From Mobula hypostoma (taxonomy: Eukaryota), in assembly GCF_963921235.1 (NCBI RefSeq), contig NC_086107.1:98458001-98522000 (forward strand): a stretch of 64,000 bases of DNA, in the 5' to 3' direction. This document shows positions 56,576-64,000 of the stretch, piece by piece; the first letter of the stretch is position 1, and each line of letters begins with the position of its first letter. Both the position numbers and the translations under genes were made by a program. The notes below the pieces were generated by a model. The model was not told where the DNA came from. It did no database searches and saw only the letters and a list, made by a program, of their open reading frames with translations.

Positions 56576-58453
56576 CAGGAACATTACAATCAATAGGACA
56601 AGTTCAGGCTGAAGTATCTCAGGGTCCTATTCAGCATCTTCTGAGGGTCTTAAAAGTAGCCAATGAGATGGTTGATGTGTTGGTTTTAATCCATTTCATT
56701 AGATTGGTTGCATCCTGACATTGGTTACACGTTTGTTCGGGTTATTAGAGTTCCTTGAAAAAGAAACGCGTTCTGTGGGTAAAAGGTTCATTGAATGAAG
56801 TTCATTGTGGAAAATGAAGTTCATGATGTGATGGAAGATTGTCTGGCTTTCTGGAAACAGTAGACAAAACAGATTTTTAAAATCTACCTAGAGATACAGT
56901 GCTGAGCAGACCGTTCCGAGTCACAGCACCCAGCAACCCCCGACAACCGTGATTCAACCCTAAACTAACCACAGGGCAGGTAACCCACCTGATTAATTGC
57001 ACCTGGAGAAGAGCCACGCATTCCGCAGGAAGGAAGTACAGATCCTTTAGAGAGGACACTAGGATTGACCTCCCGAATTCCGGCACCCCGAGCCAACCGC
57101 TACGCTACCGTGGCATCCTATTTTATTGCTTGGCAAAATGTAATGAGTGTTGTGTAATGGGATTAGTGCTTTAAATTTTATAACTAGATATGTAATTTAT
57201 TTATAATTCAATTATGGTCGCTAAATGTGTTCATGATGCAAAGATAGAGACATACAGCATGAAAACAGACCCTTCAGTCCAACTCGTCCATTCTGGCCAA
57301 GATGCCCACTTAAGCTAGTGGCATTTCCCCATATGCCTCTGAACCCTTCATATCCATTTACCTGTCCAAACATTTTTAAATACTGCTATTGTATCTGCCT
57401 CAACCACTTTCTCTGACAGCTTGTTGCATTTACGCACTCCCCTCTGAGTGAAGAAGTTGGACAGCAGGTCCTTTTTAAATCTTTCCTCTCTCACGCTAAA
57501 TTGATGTCAGAAAACAAGTTGTGAAGAGGACATGAGGTTACAGGGAGATATAGTTAAGTTAATACTTTATATTTTATTGTCGCCAAACAATTGATGTTAG
57601 AACATACAATCATCACAGCGATATTTGATTCTGCGCTTCGCGCTCCCAGGAGTACAAATCAATAGCAAATATTAAAAATTTAAATTATAAATCATAAATA
57701 GAAAATAGAAAAGGGAAAGTAAGGTAGTGCAAAAACCTTACTACCTCAGTACATGTGACAATAATAAACCAATTTACCAACATCTCAGAAACGGCTGAGG
57801 CAGGTCTGGCCCAGATCTGGGTCAGGATCCGTTCAGCAGTCTTATCACAGTTGGAAAGAAGCTGTTCCCAAATCTGGCCGTACGAGTCTTTAAGCTCCTG
57901 AGCCTTCTCCCGGAGGGAAGAGGGACGAAAAGTGTGTTGGCTGAGTGGGAGAGTGGTTAAGGAAGAGTAGGCAAAGATATAGCGAGAAGGCAAGTGTATG
58001 GGGTTGAGTGGGATCTGGGATCAGACTCGATGGGCTGAATGGCCTAATTCTGCTCCTATGTCTTATGGTCTTATATAGCAAATGGAGTATGGTATGGGCA
58101 GGGAACAAGGAAACATACTGTATTATCTAAACATTGAGAGGCTGCAGAGCTGTGAGTTACAGAGGTGTAAAAACTGTCAGAGGAAGTCAGCAGGTCAGAC
58201 ATTCTCTGCAGAGATACCAATCCCAACGCAGGGTTTTGATGTGAACCCGTGAAGGCTACCTCTACTCCTTTACAGTGCACTATCTATTTTGTAGTTTATA
58301 GCTTTTTTAGGTCTGTGCACTGTACTCCTGCTACAAGACAAGAAATTTCACTTCGTACACTATGTCAGTGATAATAAATTTGATTCTGATTTTGATTCTG
58401 GCCATCCTAGAGCCTCATGAATGTTTTAACTGTATTCCCCTCCTCTACTCTTC

Positions 58454-58970
58454 CTGCTGGTACATTCCAGTTACCCGTCACTCCCCCCTGCTGGCACATT
58501 CCAGGTACCTGTCACTCTCCCTGCTGGCACATTCCAGGTACCTGTCACTCTCCCTGCTGGCACATTCCAGGTACCTGTCACTCTCCCTGCTGGCACATTC
58601 CAGGTACCTGTCACTCCCCCCTGCTGGCACATTCCAGGTACCCACCACCCGCCTGCTGGCACATTCTGGGTACTCATCACTCCCCCTGCTGGCACATTCC
58701 AGTCACCCGTCACTCCCCTGCTGGCACATTCTGGGTACCCATCACTCCCCTGCTGGCACATTCCGGGTACCCATCACTCCCCCTGCTGGCACATTCTGGG
58801 TACCCATCACTCCCCTGCTGGCACATTCCGGGTACCCATCACTCCCCTGCTGGCACATTCTGGGTACCCATCACTCCCCTGCTGGCACATTCCAGGTACC
58901 CATCACTCCCCTGCTGGCACATTCTGGGTACCCATCACTCCCCTGCTGGCACATTCTGGGTACCCATCAC
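58454..58970. repeat. Minisatellite, 32-34-bp unit, about 16 copies, expanded from within a minus-strand CR1
   Basis: ctgctggcacattc(c/t)(a/g)ggtacc(tg/ca)tcactc(t/c)cc; runs directly into CR1 sequence at ~58970-59290. Confidence 0.92.
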
Positions 58971-60463
58971 TTTCTGGGTGAAAAAAAACTTGTCTCTTAC
59001 ATCTCCTTTAAATTTATCCCCTCTCACCTTAAATGCATACCCTCTGGTATTGAACATTTCGACCCTGGGGAAAGATTCTGACTGTCTATCTATTCCTCTC
59101 ATAATCTTATAAACCTCATCAGATCTCCCTTCAGACTCTGCCACTCCAGAGAAAACAACCCAATTTTGTCCAACCTCTCCTTGTAGCACAAGCACCGTAT
59201 TCCTGGGTAGATCTCTTCTGCACTCTCTCTAAAGACTGCACATCTTTCCTGTAATGGTGGCTATCAGAATTAAATGCGACAAGATGTGGCCTTACTAAAC
59301 TCTTACTGAGGCAACATTTTTGTACTGAGGATCATGAGTCTTTGGAACTCTCTACCTCACAAGACGGCGGAAAGAGTCTTTGAGTATTTTTATGGCAGAA
59401 GTAGATAAGTTCCTGATGAATGAAGGAGAGAGAATTACCGCAGTAAAACTGGAATGCAGATGCTACCACCCATGACCTTATTAAATGTCAGACCAGGCCT
59501 GAGGTGCCAAACCCTGCTCATAATTCATATGTTTGAATGTTTGTACTTCTTAAAAGGGAGGCTGGGCGACAGGGCAAGTAATTACTGGTTGCCTCACCAC
59601 TGCTAATGAGAAAATTGTTGGAAAAATATAGACTGGAGTTACAAATCAACATTGAGAAAGGCACGCGTCTATCAAGGTCACACAGCCTGCACTGGATTAC
59701 AGAAAGTTACGCCTGATGAAATGAAGCAGAGAGCGGGTTTGTCAACCTGCCAGTAGCAAAGGATGTTGGGACTGCCGAGGGAGGAGCGTCCTGGGAGGGG
59801 TGTGGGACAGGTGGCAGAGAAGGTGTGCTGGGATGGGGTGGTGGGGGATTGGGTTGGTGCGGGTGCAGACACACCCAGCCCTGTCCCACATGCAGACTCA
59901 TCTGTAAGGTTAATAACCAAGGTTAACGTAAGGGAAAATGGTAAGGCAGGTCCACAGCTGTTTTAATGGAAAGAAGCATAAGATAATTGTCAAACAGTGT
60001 CAGTCATTGAATGGCTGATGTACAGGGTTTCCCAGGGCTTGGATAACAGATGGAAGAATTATGGCTGGGTTGAGAAATGGCTTTACTACACAAATTCTGG
60101 TGACATTGAACACACTGTCTGAAAGGATGGCATTATGGCCTTCAACACATTTCAAATTCACAGAGAAATAACTGAAGTGCAGGAACTTACAAGTCTGCAG
60201 GCCAAATGGGATTAGTCCAGGTTGTTGTTCTGAGGCCTGCGTAGATGCAGAAGCAGCTAATGGTGTCTATAGATGCATTCTTCCAAATCTCTGCTCTCGT
60301 TCTCGCTCCCCATGGAGCCTGTGTTTGTCTGCCGTCCCCAGAATCACCCATGGCAGTTCAGCTGATTCTCAGCTGAAACCATCGGGAGAAGGACCAGCAT
60401 TCAAATTATCACGGGTTATCAGCCGAAACCCTGGCAGCACAAGCTCACCACGATGGCCTGAGA

Positions 60464-60750
60464 GTGGCACAGTGCCGCAGGCGGGTCAAGCCGCCACATC
60501 ACAGCGGCAGAGGCCTGGGTTCAATCCTGACTTCTGACGCTGTCTGTGTGGAGTTGGATGGCACGGGCCTCCTCCCACATGTCAAAGAGCTGCGGGTTAG
60601 CTGCGGCCATTGTGAGTTGCCCCCAAGTGTGTGGCTGAGTGGTAGAATTGGGGAGGAGTTTATGACTATGTTGAGAGAAGAGGAAAACGAGATTAATATA
60701 GGATTCATGTAAATAGGTGGCTGGTAATCAGAATGGACTTTACAGGCTGA
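60464..60750 (+). mobile_element. HE1-like tRNA-derived SINE
   Basis: gtggcacagtg...cctgggttcaatcctgac...gctgtctgtgtggagtt head. Confidence 0.68.
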
Positions 60751-60849
60751 AGGTATTCCTATTCATTTATCATTGTCACCCGTACCAAGATACAGCGAGA
60801 AGCTTGTCTTGCATACTTTTATACCACCTCCACTCCATCTGCCAAAAGT

Positions 60850-61365
60850 GGAAAATCGCAGTGGCCCATTCTTATTTATTCTTATTACCATTCCAACATG
60901 TCAGTCCATGGCCTCTTCTTCTGCCATAATGAGGCCACCCTCAGGGTGGAGGAGCAACACCTTATATTCCATCCGGGTAGCCTCCAACCTGATTGCATCA
61001 ATATTGATTTCTCCTTCCAGTAAAAGAAATTTTCCCTCCCCTGCTTCCTTCTTTTTCTATTCCCCACTGTGGCTTCTTACCTGCTCTCTACCTGTCCATC
61101 ACCTCTCCCTGGTATCCCTCCTCCTTCCCTTTCTCCTAAGTCTACTCTCCTCTCCTATTAGATTCCTTCCTCTCCAGCACTTTCCCTCCCACCTGGCTTC
61201 ACCTATCACCTTACCCTCATTCCACCCCCCGCCCCGCCTTTTTATTCTGGCATCTTCCCCTTTCCTTTCCAGTCCTGAAGAAGGGTCTTGGCCCAAAACT
61301 TCGACTGTTCATTTCCATGGATGCTGCCTGACCTGCAGAGTTCCAGCAGCATTTTGTGTCTGATT
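60850..61365 (+). mobile_element. Degenerate PLE 3' fragment
   Basis: GIY-YIG C-terminal remnant plus pLTR with mutated hammerhead (ctgaaga...aaaacttc) at ~61270-61306. Confidence 0.7.
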
Positions 61366-64000
61366 CTTGCACACAGATCTATTCATTACTCAGTCACTCA
61401 GGAAGAACAAAGTGAAACAAAAACAATGCAGAATAATGTGTAACAGCTACAGAGGAAGTGTGGTGGAGGTAAACAATAAGCTGCAAGCTCATGAGGTAGA
61501 TTGTGTGGTCAAGAGGCTATCTTATTGCACGAGGGAACCATTCAATTGTTCTATAATAGTCGGGTAGAAGCTGTCCTTGAGCCTGGTGGTATGTGTTTTC
61601 AGGGTTTTGTATCTTCTGCCTGATGGTCTTTGATTATGCTGACTGTTTTGCTGAGGCAGTGAGAAGTCCAGACAGATACTTCTCTTCATTCTGGATACTT
61701 ACCTTAATTAGCCGGATCGTGGAACCTACCAGCATGGCGTTGTGAGTTCAGTGTCACAACTTATAACCGTATATAACCATGTAACAATTATAGCATGGAA
61801 ACAGGCCATCTCGGCCCTTCTAGTCCATGCCAAACTCTTACTCTCATCTAGACCCACCAAACTGCACTCAGCCCATAACCTTCCATTCCTTTCCTGTCCG
61901 TATAGCTGTCCAGTTTAACTTTAAACGACAACATCGAACCTGCCTCAACCACTTCTGCTACAACTGGAGTTTTGTGAAGAGTTCTGGTTTCTGCGTCGTA
62001 GAGAAAATGTGATGTCAATGGTAAATGGATTTATATCGTTACACACTGTATACTGAGGTACAGTGAAACACTGCCTTTGCATGCCATCCATACAGATCAG
62101 TTCATTGCATCAGCGTATTGAGGTGGTACAAGAGGAAAACAGTAGCAGGGTGCAGAATAAAGAGTTGCAGAGGAAGTGGGGGCAGACAGTAGGTTGCAAG
62201 GCCACAGTGAGGTAGATTGTCAGGTTAAGAGTCCATCTCATCCAACTAGGTGCAAAGGCGATTCACCAGAACAGTGCCAGGACTGGGCGCTGACCAGATA
62301 GGTTGGATTTGTTTTCCTTCCTTCAAATGGTGGAGGCTGATAGAGGTATACAAAATCATGACAGGCACAGAGAGCGTAGAAAGCAAGAAACGTTGAAGTT
62401 GAAGTATAGGAGGTTTAGAGGGCACCCAAAGAATATTTGGATTTGATCAGCAGGGCTTGGTGAGTATGGGGGCTACGTAACATTTGTTTTGTGGGAGGTG
62501 AGATGAAGACTTCATCCTATTGTCTTTATTTTTCAAAGTTGTTGAAATCTGAGTGATACCTTTCCTTCACACTGTTCCCTCTGAACCTCGTTGGAACCAG
62601 GAGCCACACAGGTGCAGAAATGGCACCAGGCATGGATGATGACGGACATGAAAGTTGAAGAAGCTTCCTGCGGCCCGCTGTTGCCCACTGTGTACTTTTG
62701 GTGATTCATAATTAAACAATTTAGTGATGACCTGCTGTTTCCAGCCCCGTCTTGGCAATAACTGACTGTGTGAGTATTTCTGTGATGGTATTGGGTTCCC
62801 AGTCTGCAAAGTCCTAAACTCAAAAGCCCTGTCAGATTTATGGCATCTATGGATACCCTCACCATAGGGAGGTTATACTGTATCCACATACACTTAAAGA
62901 ACTAGCTTACATCCCTGTCTCGTCTCTATGCAGAGATCTAGCTGCCAATACTCACTGCTTGTGTGGTTGGACTCCGTCCTTACCAAGAAGGAGATACTTC
63001 AGCTAATAAAGTAGTTTAAACACAGTTTATTTTATTTTTAATGATACATGTTTAAATTTTGACAACCAGCTCTTAACACATATGTAACACTCACAGAGGA
63101 TTAGATTTTTGAATTACATAAGATTTATAAACTACATGGGATTTCCAAACACAGGTACAAAGCTTACTAACGAAGAATATACAGTACCAACAAGTAGCAG
63201 ACAAATGAGTCATCCATCTCAGAAACTGAAGGTTGAGAAATGAATTCTAGTTTTTTTTTCTGTTACCCCATCTGTCATTTTCTTTGGCTTTTCTAACAAC
63301 CCCCAATGTTTCTGATACTTTTGCTATTTTCTAATAGATAACATCATTGCATGTGATATTTTCTGGATACTTTTGCTAGGACAAAGTTACTCACACAGAT
63401 GGTCTTAAAAGCATCTGGTGACAGAGATCCCAAGCACCCACAATTAATGCTGTGAGGGCTGACCCTCAGAGTACACAAACATCCCAACCTGCAACCATGT
63501 TCGATGTGCAAGGTGACATAACCCCCATTGTCTTGCATTTGAAGTCACTTCACATTGCAAACCAGACCCTTCTACAGGACTGGAGTAAAAAGTTAGGAAT
63601 CAAAAGGTTGAGCATGATGTGTCAAGTGGTCTGAGTTGCATATATCTCAATGCAAGAAGTATCGTAGGGAAGGTGGAAATATCCCGGACCCTGGCACCTG
63701 GGTGACAACACACTCTCCGGGAATCTCATTCTTGCCTGTGAATCCCCTATCAACACTTCTGCCCCCTTTCCTTCTCAGAGATCCAACCACCGTGATTTTC
63801 CTCTGTTAGGTCATTCCCCCCCAACAGTATCCAAAATGATATACCTGTTGTCGAGGGGGATGGCCACAGGGGTACTCTGCACTGGCTCTTTAACCCCTTT
63901 CCCCTTCACGACTGTCACCCAGTTTCCTGTGTCCTGCACCTTGTGTGTAACCACCTCTCCCTATGTCCTATCACCCCCTCAGCCTCCCGAATGATCCAGA

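Noticed and set aside
58362..59112. Longest ORFs in the window (239 and 231 aa) as genes
   Set aside because: They are translations of a minisatellite plus antisense CR1.
60342..60460. Candidate phase-2 exon after ccgtccccag
   Set aside because: No convincing donor, runs into an HE1-like SINE, and no recognisable protein motif.
62562..62570. TTCCTTCAC as a second U12 branch site
   Set aside because: I found no matching upstream RTATCCTT donor at an exon end.

Overview
Eukaryotic, repeat-rich vertebrate DNA. The repeat repertoire (CR1/HER1-type LINEs, HE1/V-type SINEs, Rex/Babar LINEs, Penelope-like elements) suggests a cartilaginous fish, probably a ray; this is inference. One multi-exon protein-coding gene runs on the + strand: FAM227A (FWWh-domain family). 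Ten coding exons between 986 and ~49850 were assembled by hand with consistent intron phases. The 5' exons lie upstream of the window and the 3' end is uncertain. Main points of interest: (1) a U12-type AT-AC minor-spliceosome intron at 47489-49745; (2) several minimal type I hammerhead ribozyme motifs carried by Penelope-like pseudo-LTRs, three with intact cores in the sense orientation of the pre-mRNA; (3) non-coding fold-back Penelope derivatives with target-site duplications (TSDs); (4) nested TE stacks, including a hAT-like element with a 6-bp TSD inside an L1 inside a solo LTR. Most ORFs in the supplied track are TE remnants or spurious. Family assignments come from motif recognition, not database searches.
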